From contig OX442314.1 of assembly GCA_949358305.1 (NCBI GenBank), forward strand, positions 26,412,001-26,476,000: 64,000 nucleotides of DNA. Direction: 5' to 3'. Source of the DNA: Strigamia acuminata. Lineage: Eukaryota. A program made the position numbers and the translations under genes. The number at the start of each line of letters is the position of its first letter. Position 1 is the stretch's first letter. This document shows, in pieces, positions 10,344 through 22,613 of this stretch. The notes under the pieces are model-generated. The model did no database searches. It was not told where the DNA came from and worked only from the letters and a program-made list of their open reading frames with translations.

Positions 10344-11987
10344 ATGAGTCGCCGAGGTCGTGCTAGCAAGCGACAGTACGTGCATTGGGATCCAGAAGAA
10401 TCGGAAGAGACGGATTATCGCTTTGTTAATCCCTCCTCTGACCCCGAGCTCGTCGCCAACTGGGCCCGTGATAACCCGGATCTCGTACCGCCACGAATTA
10501 GGACCGCCATGGGTGTTAGCCCGACCGACTCGCGTCCTTCCAGAGGCCGTCAAGCTAGTCAGCGTGTTGTAACCTATGATGCGCCGAATTGGGATTTTTC
10601 TGACGACTCGTCACAATACTCCCGTTCTGCCTCGAGGAGACGGCGCCAAGATGACTTCTCACAAGAAGAAGAATCGGTTGAAGAAGCTCCGCCTCCAGCT
10701 ACCAGCAGGCAGTTTGCCCGACCACGAAATCCGCGTGATACCGCTAGTCGAGGCAAGACTGGCAAATCCAAAGGACCCACCAAGTCCACGTTGGCATCTT
10801 CATCCGAAGCGCTGACCCGCCCAACATCGCAAGCTCGTTCGATATCGGAGCTAAATTTGCCAAGTTACCGGAAGCAGCGAAGAGAACACGTATTTCGAGA
10901 TATGGAAGCTGCCGCCTTGGGGACTAACATCATGCCAAAGTCGAAGCTGATGTTCTGCCCATTGTGCGCAGGATGCGGATGGTTGTCGTCCTTGTTATCC
11001 GGCATTCACGCCGTAGTCTGCGTGAACTGTCACGGTGGTAAGCGCGTTGCCATATCCAGCATGTGGAATGAAGAAATTCTTCCATTTATCGTCAAGGGGC
11101 TAAGTACGCCGACAGCACGCAATTGGGCGATGTGTCGCGAATGTGGCCTCATCCACCAGGGCCCGGAGCAGGCTATTTATGTAGACCCGGCACAAATGTC
11201 CAGCACCTCGACTCCACGAGGAGGATTTACGGAGCCACAACGCGAGCCGGAAACTCCCACCCCTGCGATTGATGGAACTCCAGTTGCCTCGGCAGAAAAC
11301 CTTCCAACGTCAGTTATTGCGTCTGATTCTCCGCCGGTTGCATCCGATTCTGGTCCACAAGCCGCCGCTTCTCCAGAGGGAACGTCGACTAACAACATGA
11401 TTGTAGCGACTATCCCGCTCCCAGAAGCAAGCCACGCTGCTGAAACGGTTATTTTACTGGTCCACCCATATATGCCGAGACCAGACATGTCGCTCACGGA
11501 GCAAACTAAGGCGGAAGTGGAACATTATTTCCCAATTTTATTGGAAGCAGCTAAGCGTATTAGTGTGTCGATTTCAAACGACCGAATTCCAGATTTGAGC
11601 GTGCCACTGGCCGTGATCCAATGGATTTTCCATCCATCCCGGCCGGAATCTTTTCAAACTCGCTCTTTTATTTGGTGTAAGATTTTGCAACAGGTCTCAG
11701 CAGCAGCACACCCGTTGATTCGTGAGGGATGGCACTCCGGCTTACCCGACCATCACTTGGTTTTCTCCGAGCCAACCAGCGCTAACACCATTCCGTTAGG
11801 AGGGCCTGATCCCCTGGAAGTATTCACCGAGGAACAACACAGAATGCTCCTGAATCCCCTGGCCCATGACGTTGAGACAGATGTAGTACCGGAATTGGTA
11901 GCTATTCAACTTAATTCTCCACCCGCAGCCGTCTCGGAAGTTGTTACATCCATGGAAGGATTTATTGAGGATGAAGAGTTGGACTAG
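10344..11987 (+). CDS. Accessory ORF3 (547 aa) in the env position; Arg/Ser-rich N-terminus, Cys clusters, acidic C-terminus; function unknown
   Basis: Long, GC-richer ATG-initiated ORF inside the element. Contains CPLCAGC, CVNCH and CRECGLIH; no evident signal peptide or TM helix. Confidence 0.85.
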   Translation: MSRRGRASKRQYVHWDPEESEETDYRFVNPSSDPELVANWARDNPDLVPPRIRTAMGVSPTDSRPSRGRQASQRVVTYDAPNWDFSDDSSQYSRSASRRRRQDDFSQEEESVEEAPPPATSRQFARPRNPRDTASRGKTGKSKGPTKSTLASSSEALTRPTSQARSISELNLPSYRKQRREHVFRDMEAAALGTNIMPKSKLMFCPLCAGCGWLSSLLSGIHAVVCVNCHGGKRVAISSMWNEEILPFIVKGLSTPTARNWAMCRECGLIHQGPEQAIYVDPAQMSSTSTPRGGFTEPQREPETPTPAIDGTPVASAENLPTSVIASDSPPVASDSGPQAAASPEGTSTNNMIVATIPLPEASHAAETVILLVHPYMPRPDMSLTEQTKAEVEHYFPILLEAAKRISVSISNDRIPDLSVPLAVIQWIFHPSRPESFQTRSFIWCKILQQVSAAAHPLIREGWHSGLPDHHLVFSEPTSANTIPLGGPDPLEVFTEEQHRMLLNPLAHDVETDVVPELVAIQLNSPPAAVSEVVTSMEGFIEDEELD

Positions 11988-12633
11988 AAAGCGTCAACGA
12001 TGTCGGGATCCGTTACTTTCCCGATATCTTCCCTTTTAAGGCAAGACCAGAAGTAACGAGTCCATTTTCTCCATCTCCATTTCTTGACCCGAGTTGAAAC
12101 AAAGATTTAGTCAGGTTCAGGTGTATTTTATGCCGTTTTTGTGAATAATTCAAAGATCTTTAATATTTAAATTAACAATTTTGTTAAAATTTGATTACGA
12201 GTCAATGTGAGTTTGTTTAAATGAATACTAATTTTAATACTTGAATTTTAACGTGTAAAGTGTTATTTTGCAAATCATTATATTTCCAGTGAGAAGTTAA
12301 GTTTTGTGAAAATAATTGTTAAATTTTATTAATCATTTGTTTGGTACAAGAGTTTGATGTTAGTTTAAGTTATCGCCTTTTCTTGATGCAGTTGTAAGTC
12401 CACCTGTAAAGAGAGATGGAAGCTATTATTGATAATTGAAAGTTTTATAACCTTAATAAATATTTTTTGAAGCATTTGATTAAGAAATACTCTTTATTTA
12501 TACTATTAAGATATAAAATAAAGGTTTTTGCTTACCAAGGATTACAGCTCGAGTCCCCTAGATGACAGTGTGGTCTTGATCCTCAAGATATTCGGAATAA
12601 ATAGTATGTTAATACAGGTATTAACATATATTT

Positions 12634-12641
12634 AAGGGGGA
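12634..12641 (+). promoter_or_regulatory. Polypurine tract
   Basis: AAGGGGGA 2 nt before the 3' LTR TG. Confidence 0.7.
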
Positions 12642-12643
12642 CT

Positions 12644-14233
12644 TGTGACGGTTACACTGTCATGCACTTTGTTAGTATAGGACGATTACTTCACCAATAG
12701 ATGGCGCTGATGCGTTTTAGCGGTAAATTCAAATTTCGACAATTTTTGAGTGAATAAAATATAAATTACTATTTATATTTTATTCCACTGCAACTTTAGA
12801 CACTTTTAAATACTTTTGGATGTTCAAATGCTAGTTGATTTATTTGTCACATAATTCTATTGAATTATGTGCAAACTCTACACCTGGTGAAGTCACCCCC
12901 CATCACCCACTGTGAGTTGGACTCCTTTTGGATTATAGTCAAAGGGACTTAATCCAAAATGTGTCCTGCGTATCCAGTTCCTGTTTTGGACCTAGTAGAA
13001 GACTATGTCCTGAGTATCCACTTCCTATGACCTAGGATTGGATGGATTTGACTGCCCAGTGATCCCATTGGATCACTGAACAGCTATTCTCCTCACCGAG
13101 TATATATCCCCCTGCAAAACGGATATAGCTCGCTCTTGTTCTGTTTTTGTTTGATACTGATATTACTTGAGCACATATTATACTTCTCTGCGTTCCGACA
13201 ATCCGTTGTAGAAATACTTTGTATTTAGTGTAAGTATCTAGAGTGGGTAGAAGACTCACAGACACACTGCCCGCCTCTTCATGCCAACATTCCGTTGTAG
13301 AAATGTTGTAACTAGAGTGAGTAATTCACAGACACATTTAAGTGTAGTATCTAGAGTGGGGTACAACCCACAGACGCACTCCCTCCAGCTTCATGCCAAC
13401 ATTCCGTTGTAGAGTGCAGAATCTAGAGTGGAGTAAAATTCACAGACGCATTGGTAATGTAGAATCTAGAGTGGAGTATTTATATTTCACAGACGCATTA
13501 TCAGAGTAATCGACGCGGAGTAATTTCCCGGTTACTCTCCCGCCAGCCAGGACCGAGTGGAGTAATTTCCCGGCGATGGATAACCTTTCCTGCGAGATAT
13601 TTCGATTCAATTCGTTATTGGTTTGACGGAACATTTAAGTCTAACTTAGATGTTGATTGCACTCGGGGCAAAAAATAGCTCGGCGCTATTTTAATATATT
13701 TTACTTATTTTCATAGTTTTAGTTAAGTTTGTGACTCTAAAATATCATGATTAATTCCATAGAATTAATATGAATATTTATTCTCACATTGTTACATCTC
13801 GCGGTAATTATTGATTACAACAATTATCTGCGATGCGATGTGTGTGACGATACAGAAAAGTCAACCGCACCTCTCGGATATAACCCACCCAGCCTAACCA
13901 TTTACACGCCTTTTAGAACCAAACCCCGGACCATTTAGAAGCCAAAGCCATTCATAGATGACATCTTTTACGTCACAGCAATAAGACCGTTACAAATTCT
14001 TATTGCATGACTGAAGCCTTCAAATGATATTATTTCAGGGCTTTTGCCAAACAACTGTATAGTTTAACTTCTCGTCATTTTAGCCACTTGTAGGCATAGT
14101 ATTTATATAAGGTTCAAACCGGAATAAATGTTATATGTTTTGAGAAAACATCAGGTTTGCATATTTTACATTTTCACACAGATAGTTCACACTTTAGTTT
14201 AGCAATTGCTATCTCCAGAAGGTAATCGTCACA
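12644..14233 (+). repeat. 3' LTR of Gypsy element
   Basis: Direct repeat of 243-1832, followed by TSD AACT. Confidence 0.97.
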
Positions 14234-16205
14234 AACTAACAGAATCAAGTGGACAAAACGTTCAATGGTTAATTCGTTGCTTCCAGTAGTTTTGGTGGTT
14301 TCGATTAATATTTTTTCATATACTTTCAGTATTCTAGTTGTAATTTTTTTGTTCGATTGATAAGCACGACGAGAAATTGCTGGTCCGATCGCTGCCCAAA
14401 CCCGACGAGTTAAAGTTTGTCCTATTGCCATTAAGGATAACAAAGATAGTCCCAATGAGAATCCCAGATTTCCTCCGAAATCTATTAACAATGCAATTGT
14501 GTCGTAAGTATATTCTTCAGTCAGAAGCAGATATGTTTCTTCGGATTGAAGCGCATATAATACGATTTTATTTTTGTCTTTTTTTGGTAATCTCTCTACA
14601 GCGACTCTTGTCATGTACATGTGCTTCGTGCAAGGTCTTAGGCACCCACAATCTAACGTTGCTACGGTTGTTAATTCAAGTTGGTAGGCATTCTTATGAA
14701 TTTCAAAAACTTTGCTTTTGTTTATAAAATCACTGCAATCTGGAATGCTGCTATTAAATGCCATGTAGGGTAACCTAAAATGATGAGAAAAGCCTGTATT
14801 TCTTGTTCTCCGATTGGTGAACGCAATTAAATAAATCGTCATAGGATTTGGCCCGATAGTTGATGGTTCGTGCGCTTTTGTAGCTGAATTGAGTACATGA
14901 GTAAATGGCAGATACCCAGCACGGTGCCAGACTGCTAGTAACCCTCAAGGAAGGGGCGCTCTTGTGTGTTTAGCACAAAATGTAAAATTGGCAGTATTGT
15001 ATCTCGTTCACTAAATTGTGACCGTGTTCAAGTTCGCGTTCATGATCATGACCATGTGAACACGTTCGTGTTCGCATTCACTAATTTTTTTTTAGAAGTT
15101 AACTAAGTTCAAGTTCATAAACTTGAATCAAAAGTTCACGTTCATTTTTCAGAATTTTTTTTAGAAATTAAAATGTTTTTTGTTACATTTTGTGGATTGA
15201 AGATAACAAAAAAAAAAACACTTTTTTTTAGTAAAGCAGTCATTTTCATCGCTTTCATGGCTGTTTTTGTTGTAAAAAGTGATTGGAAATGAATGTTTTG
15301 ATGATAAAAATGTCATCTAAACATTTAAACTAACATTTTTGCAACGTTTTCATCATCAAACTTGGTGAACGTGAACTTCATTCAAGTTCACTTCTAAAAG
15401 TGAACGAATTTCGAATTTTTCATTCATCTGTAAAAGTGAGCTAGTTCACGAACACTGACAATTGGATGTTAGTATTAGAAACGGGTCTGATAATTCACGT
15501 AGTATGAAACCTTGTTAGGTTTTTTCTACAGTGGGTCTGGCCCACAGAGGATCCTCATTTCGGAGAAATCAGTTTTTAACAGTTTGTTTGGACAAAGACT
15601 GGTGATTAGGTTTGGGTCCCAAAGCAGCAGTCCAAACTTTGCACTTATTCTGACGACAGAGCCGTGTAACGATATCTAGCTAATTTTATTGTAAATAAAC
15701 GATAACTGACCGACATTCACTCTGTTCCAATCTTGCTAAACATTCTTGGTAACACTTAATCTGAGCTTCTTTGTCCGATTCACAATTAGGTTTGTTTAAC
15801 GGTAAAAAATTATACTAGAAATTAAAAAAAAAAATTACGGTAAAAACTAAATTTTTTTTTATAAAAAATATAAATTACTTGTCGCAGAAAGAAGTAAAGT
15901 GAGGCCTTATTGCCTACTGACACTGGTAATGCATATTGAAATGGCATTATAGGGTTGTCAGGTGCTATCTACAAGTATAAGAAAATAAAGAAATAAACTC
16001 CAAACCTATTAGACAGCTAAAGAGTTTGGGAAATATTACTTTTGTTAAGGCGAAAATAAGACCATTTTAATAGGTATTAATGACATTTTCACTCAGACGT
16101 TTAGATTTAAAAATTTTAAAAAGAAAGTGTAAATTTGTACAAGCTTAGTACAATGATTCGTTTGCATGTGGGATAATGAGATGATACAGTAACAAAAACG
16201 GCCAC

Positions 16206-16627
16206 TATACTCTTGTTCGACTCAAAAGGGTGGCCTTCTCCCATTGGCCGAGCCGCATTACTCCTAACTCCAGTCTGTATTACTACCACTAGGAGAAGTA
16301 GTTTTTATTTTTATTTATTTTTAGATTCTTATGACCATTTAAATTGATATAATTTTAATTGTATTTTAATATAAAATGTTATTTCCATTTAGGAAATAAA
16401 GTTTTATGCACATATAAATGTAAAACTCATGTTTGTTCTGTTTATTGGTTGCTTTGTCTGGAAAGCAAACAATTTTGAAATTTTGGCTGTTACCTAGGCA
16501 ATCGATTACAATGTCCGTACATTGTAATGCATTTCTGGTGTTTGGGTCTATATTTTTGGATCACTACACCAGTGATACAGCTCGGCCAATGGGAGAAGGC
16601 CGCCCTTTTGAGTCGAACAAGAGTATA
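16206..16627. mobile_element. MITE, TACTCT-terminus family (TA target)
   Basis: ~49-bp TIRs tatactcttgttcgactcaaaaggg...ggccgagc / gctcggcc...cccttttgagtcgaacaagagtata. Confidence 0.85.
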
Positions 16628-17276
16628 GCCCTCCTCCCCGGGCTAGGTCAATTACCCACATAGGGGTTGACCTTTGGGGCCGCAGGCGGTGTGTGGCAGT
16701 GACGCAGGTCACCAGGGTGGCCTAGCGGTCACAGTTTAAACAGCATTGTTAAACGGTTATATCTTAAAATTTAGCGGCTGATTTAGATTGATTTGAGTGG
16801 CAGTGGGCATGGCCACACAGCATTTAAACATCAAACCATGTTGAACTGCAATTGTAAACTGACTTTCGAATGTAGCTAGCGAATTGTACTTCTAGCATTG
16901 TAGTGACTACACTTTCACGGTCATCATGGTGCGATTTCCCCACCCAATCACAAGCTTTTGATTAAGAGAGCACTTCATTATGAAATAACGGTATTTTTAA
17001 CACATTACTACCGTAGGAATGTGAGCAAAACATAGATTTATTAGGTAGTGTACCAACCAGTATGGCAGTTTCATCGCAGTATCCATCTGTATGGACACCG
17101 AAATTCAATTCACTTCCTTGATCAAGAAAATATCCTAAAAAATGAAATATTTCTGTATGAGAATTTTAGAGATCCAGAAACCACTTCTCATTTTGCAGTT
17201 GCTTCTCATTCTAATTTGGCTAGATTTTTCCATTGAGGAATTGTATGAATAATTTAAATAACATGACCTTACGTTA

Positions 17277-17598
17277 AAGGCAGTGGCTACGTTCATGTCC
17301 GACGTGAAAGTATTATTTTCAAGCTGCGCTGTGATTGGTTGAGAGCTAACGATGGCGCTTCGTTTCATCAATGTACGTTTTCTCAAATCGATGTATTTCG
17401 AGGTGTTAGCTTCTTTTTTCCTAAAGAGGGGGCGCGTAGCCCCCCCCCCCTTGACCCTCCCAGACCTAACCTTATCTGTTTTTAGCAATGTAGACAGAAC
17501 GGACTTTTTCGTCAATGTAGTTCAATGCATCTCTCAACCAATCACAGCGCGCCTTGAAAACAATACGTTCACGTCGGACGTGAACGTAGCCACTTCGT
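17277..17598. mobile_element. MITE (agtggctacgttca TIR family)
   Basis: ~60-bp imperfect TIRs; shorter relative at 49951-50083. Confidence 0.8.
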
Positions 17599-19627
17599 AC
17601 ATGAAAACATGAAGCGAGCAAGTTACTGCAGAAGATCAGAAGCAGGAACTAGTCACCGCATCAGCCTTTCGGTTGTCAAATATTACCTCCATTGACGATT
17701 AATGCAGTTCCCGTTACAGTTTTCTTTTCATAAATGTCAATCATTGATGGGTCTGTGAAGTATGTAAGATTGCCTTCATTTGCAGTCATATTAACGATGA
17801 GACGTTTGTACTATAAATACACAACAGAAGTTTTCTTTTAAAACAGTTAAGGAAAATAATTTTTATTTAACAAAACACTGCTGTATTCAGGATTATTAAT
17901 ACCGTAGAAATTCGGTTCTAAGATGCACCCCCAACTTTTACACATGGTATTTTGGAGAGAAAAAAATTAGCAGTCGATTGTAAGACGTGTGACCATTCGG
18001 CCACCCAAGGATGACCTGCATCACTACCATACACTACCCAATGGTCCCAAGGTCATCCCTCCTCGCAGAGTGATATGACCCAGTAAGGGAAAGGAGGGAG
18101 CGGAGTGGTGTAGGGAGAGAGAAGAGCTGGGTCTCAACCGAGACAGACATGCAAACAAGAAGTCTTTAAGCTAGCAAGAGCAGTCGTGTTCTGTGCTGTC
18201 ACTGCTCTCTTCCCTATTCACCATGGTGACACAGTGGCGAGATGTTAGGTCCACCACAGCCTCCATGAGTGGTTGCTTAGGCTGTGCGGGTAAGTACGGC
18301 AGAATAGATAAGTCCAACCGGTCACATTATTCATGGGGATCCCCCCCTATGTGTGACGAGTCGGTTGCTGGTGTGGGTTGACAGGAGACTCCAACCCCTA
18401 AACGAGATTAATAAAGGCCAACAACCCAACAATCTGGAGTCCTTTGTCTTATTTTACGTGAGTATGCATCCCACCCCATGGTATTCAGTCCACAGGCTGC
18501 CATGGCTAAGATCATACCGTCACAATTGAGGGCCCTGTCCTGAGATGATGAATCTGGACTTTTTTTATAATTTCATCTACTGGTAACAAGTAGATTGCTG
18601 CAAAAAATTTCATGGGTTACAGCAAAATTCCTACATTATTACTGATTATTAAATTCTGTGCATCAGCATGCAGGCACCCTCTATTGTAACTTCCAGTTAT
18701 TTGTGTCTAGCTTGAAATACCATGTACCGGTACTTTGGAGCCCCCTTGGGCCTGTTAGCCCCATATACAAGTATTGTAACAGAACCTGACAAGCTTCGTA
18801 TTTGAAACCCCTGAAAGACTTGTAGTAATCCGAAAATTACTACTAGAAAAGGATTATCATTCTAAGTGTATTTTGAAATATACATTATAAAGGTGTAATG
18901 AAAGAGTTAAATTAACTGATAAAATGAACAAGATGTAGCCCCTATGATTCCGTGGGAAGCGCGAGGAATTGAGTTTACAGAAAACGCTATTTCCAGTTAG
19001 CATGAGGAATTCTCCTCAGTCTGAACCAAACCCTGAACATTGAAACATCTCTGCATGAGCACACTTGAAAACACATTACATTTCTTGTTTGCTTGGAGAT
19101 ATCTGGTCAGCCCTTGGATTCACCACTTGGAATACTAGCCAGTTATTTCCAGCATATTTGGTAATTGTCTTTGCCACAAAACATATTCTGCGTGAGAAGA
19201 ATAGTTAGTGTCTTTGCTACAAAAGACAATGGAATTTCCAAGTCCGTCATCGACGTTGACGCTCGCCCGCTGTCGCAACCACAAGCGGATCAGTGAGAGC
19301 AAATTCCACCGTTGCCGAAGTAAATCGCAAATTGTTCACGAGAATTCCCATACTCAAGTATCGGAGAATCCGATTTACATTTCGCTCCACCTCAAATGAG
19401 TGAAGAGATTCAGCTCGAATCTATCTCTGAGTTACCAGAAGAAGCGCCCGTCGAATCGCGAGTAGAGACCCACGTACGATTCTAAGTCGAGTCCAATCTG
19501 TTGACGAGAGCCCAGTCGGATCGAGTCGGCTATTCGCCAGTTTCAGACCAAATCAGTCATCTTTATTTCTATTGTATTATTTCTTCTTTCCACATTTGCT
19601 ATCTTCATTTGCATATTTTATCAGAAA

Positions 19628-19802
19628 TACGCGTACTGCCTCATTTAAACGCCCGGGTTCATTCAGATGCCGGGCCCGAATAAACGCCGGGGGTTCAGCA
19701 GCGTTTATTGCACCGCGCGCCGCCCCGAACCGACTTTACCGGGAGGGGGGGGTCGACAAAAAAAAATTTAACGCCCGGGCATTTAAATGAGGCAGTAAGG
19801 TA
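19628..19802. mobile_element. MITE, pogo/Tigger-like (TACCGTA-type ends)
   Basis: TIR tactgcctcatttaaacgcccggg / cccgggcatttaaatgaggcagta; related to 28151-28998. Confidence 0.75.
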
Positions 19803-19978
19803 GTTTGTATAGTCTAAAGTCTAAAATTAAACTCGAATTGTACATCTTCTCAAGTTGAGAAGTTCCTATTTATTCTATATTCCATCTTTGTAAATTGTTT
19901 CAAGACGAAACAATCCGGTTCATATTGTGTTAAATAAATTAAGTAAGATTGCTTTGAGAATCCAAGAGATTTCATTAA

Positions 19979-20412
19979 GGGGTTTCATTAAGTGGGCTAT
20001 TATTGTGATTAGTTGATTATTGCAATAATCATAATCATTCAATTATTAATACGTTACAATTGTTTAAAAAAAGTTCCTACAAATAATAATTGCAACTACC
20101 TAACTCGTTTCATGTGTTCAGTTTAACATAAACTGAGCAGACTTTGTTATATTATGACCTTGTGTAGTTCAAGCGGGTCTGGCGCCGCCATGTTAGTTTC
20201 AGTCGAGAGAGCCCAAGCAAGGACGACTACTAGTAGTCGTCCTTGGCCCAAGTCAGCAGAAAATCATGGTTTGGGGTGATTACTTGATTAGTTGCTTATT
20301 AGATTAAATGATTATTCTGGGGACTGGTTGAATCCAGTCACATGAAACATCAAGTAATCGACTAATCAAAGTAATCAAAGTAATCAACTAATCGCTCATT
20401 TAATGGAACCCC
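19979..20412. mobile_element. MITE, PIF/Harbinger-like
   Basis: TIR ggggtttcattaa / ttaatggaacccc flanked by TAA/TTA, with subterminal gattagttgatta repeats. Confidence 0.7.
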
Positions 20413-21592
20413 TTATTGTATAACCATAAGACTTAGAAATAAGCAACCATGCGATATTTGTCTTTTATTAAGTAGTAAAAGTGAGATCACGACAGCCTTT
20501 GTGTTTGCACTGCTGTTGTGTTAAAGTCACTTATTATATTTCTTAGTTTTCTCAATAGAGCATCCAGAAACTCTATATTCATGTTCACAGAAAAAAAATA
20601 ATTCATGACTTTAAAATGGCTAAAATTTAATTAAATTTGATACTTGCCCGATTCACATTCATATAGTCCCAATTTTTAATAATACTGGAATCTGACCACA
20701 GCTGTGTGTAGTTTGAAACAGACACTTTCAACTCGAAAATTCCTTTCAGTGCCAATGCACAAGCTTGAAATTTATTTATGAAGTAACCGTAACCGTGAAT
20801 ATTGTCTTTTGCTTGTTTCCAATAAGTAGTCAAAGCCTTATTATCCATTCCAGACATCATAAGCCGGGAAGAATTTAGTCCAGACGTCTGTCTAAATTCA
20901 ATGTTGACTTTGTATGGGCCAGATAAGTAATATTGTATTCTTTCAAATGTTTGATAGCAGCAGATGGCAAAGCAAATTGGAACAACAACCAACCACAGTA
21001 CACGAACTGAAAGAGACTTCTGTTTGACTAATATCTTATCCAATATTGGTAAAGATCTATTCTCAGTTGACGTTGCAATTTCTGCTTTGCACAAACGCCT
21101 GATGCGAGATTCAGGAATTCTCATTTTGCAGGATTTCACGGTTAACGCCAGAGAACTCTTGCGAGTAATGCTAATGCTGTGAGGCAACAACACTTTCTAA
21201 TCTTTAATATTTATACGCACGCGATGCGTAGATATTAATATTCTTGAATGTATGTATGTATGTGAAGTAGCAGGTGTTTATTCATAATATATACTCTTAC
21301 ACGCGTGGGAATATGTGTCAATTGACAACTATCACAAACCACAGTGAATGTTGTTCAACGAGTTAATTCAAATTTGATTATACATAATTTTAATAATTAT
21401 ACTCGAGCACCTCATTTTACTAACAAATCAATTGTGCTTATACATACATTATAAGAAAAATAAATTACAAAATTAATGTAATTCAAACACAATCTAAACC
21501 TTACTAAAAGTACTTGTAGAACCCAATTTGTAAGTTATGCTTGGTGCTATAAAGTCTGCGCCTTATATCTTGAACTTGATACCAAATTATAA

Positions 21593-21736
21593 CACTAGCT
21601 GCATTCAAAAAATAAAAATAACAATTTTTAAGTGTATTTTAAGTTTTAACATGGGTTTAAACAGGAAATGATATCATTTTTGGTTTAAAATTGAAGTAAA
21701 AGACAAAATATTTTAGTTTTTGAATGCAGCTAGTGT
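21593..21736. mobile_element. Short MITE-like inverted repeat element
   Basis: acactagctgcattcaaaaa / tttttgaatgcagctagtgt; another copy of this end at ~26795-26814. Confidence 0.6.
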
Positions 21737-22613
21737 ATTTTTGATAATCCCTTGAGTTGTATGTTGAATGTTTTTAATAAAATTCTTTATCATTTTGAAC
21801 TGCCTGTGAACGAGTGCCATTAATATTTACAACAAAGAGTGCAAGTTCAACATCTTTTAAAATAAAAAAATCAATTATGGGAGAAATTATCAATTCAATT
21901 CTACGTGTTAAGTAACATTTGAAATATAGTAATTTGTCGTGCTAATTATTAGTTGTGTGCGTGAAGTGAATATTCGATACTGTATACATATTAAATTTTC
22001 TGGAAAGATATTAAAAATTAAAATTTGTTTCAAAAATTTAAAAATGCAACTTGTACAACCATGTAATTTAAAATTATCATTTCTGAATTATTCTAGTTTT
22101 CAACGTGCTAATTTAAATTTTTAATATTTCAATTTGATTACAGGTGCAGCTGTTCATGCTACACATATATATTAATTATAATAATTATTACTGTGCTGAA
22201 TACGCAAATCAATTTTGATTAAATTATAGAAAAAGAAGTAGCAAATTTGTTTCATGTAATTCAACAACACAGCAAAACAAAAGTTTGTTTCAGAAATAAA
22301 TAGCATAAAGACGTCCAACACAATAAAATTGTAAAATAATCTAAACAGGCTCAATTACATGTTTACATACCGTATACCCAGTTATCTAGATAGGTGAAAA
22401 TGTGAATTTCACTTTTTTAGAAAACTGATCATGTAAACAAACCAGTTTACCAGAAAAAAAAACTGATCATTTAAACGAACCTGTTTTCCAATTATTTAAA
22501 CGCTAAAATCAAAGTGCAGGTCTTACACAAAATGTGTTGTGATTTTATCTTAATTTTAAATTTTAAATTAAAACAGACAAGTTGAAATGTAAATATAATT
22601 CGTGACATGAACA

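Larger units (their letters stand above)
243..14233 (+). mobile_element. Full-length Ty3/Gypsy LTR retrotransposon (gag, pol, accessory ORF3), recent insertion
   Basis: Two 1590-bp direct repeats (243-1832 and 12644-14233, offset 12401) with TGTGACG...CGTCACA termini. 4-bp TSD AACT (239-242, 14234-14237). PBS and PPT present; pol domain order PR-RT-RH-IN. Confidence 0.97.
1..21124 (-). pseudogene. DEG/ENaC (pickpocket/ASIC-like) channel gene copy A, tandem two-subunit form, coding exon split by Gypsy; runs off the window's left edge
   Basis: Approximate exons: 21124-20648 (TM1: VLWLVVVPICFAICCYQTFERIQYYLSGPYKVNI), 17812-17686, 17134-17010, 15969-15880, 15814-15710 (CESDKEAQIKCYQECL...ECR), and 14775-14234 + 242-1 (LPYM...CGCLRPC...DFGGNLGFSLGLS, then a second TM1). 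Confidence 0.8.

Noticed and set aside
10344..11987. env gene
   Set aside because: No signal peptide, fusion peptide or C-terminal TM anchor is visible.
14991..15456. gttcac-rich repeat, possibly a hAT-type MITE
   Set aside because: Only one clear terminus; TSD not identified.
17988..18545. Possible old LTR (TGTGACC...CGTCACA, AATAAA, followed by a decayed tRNA-Pro-like PBS)
   Set aside because: No TSD, partner LTR or coding remnant could be confirmed.
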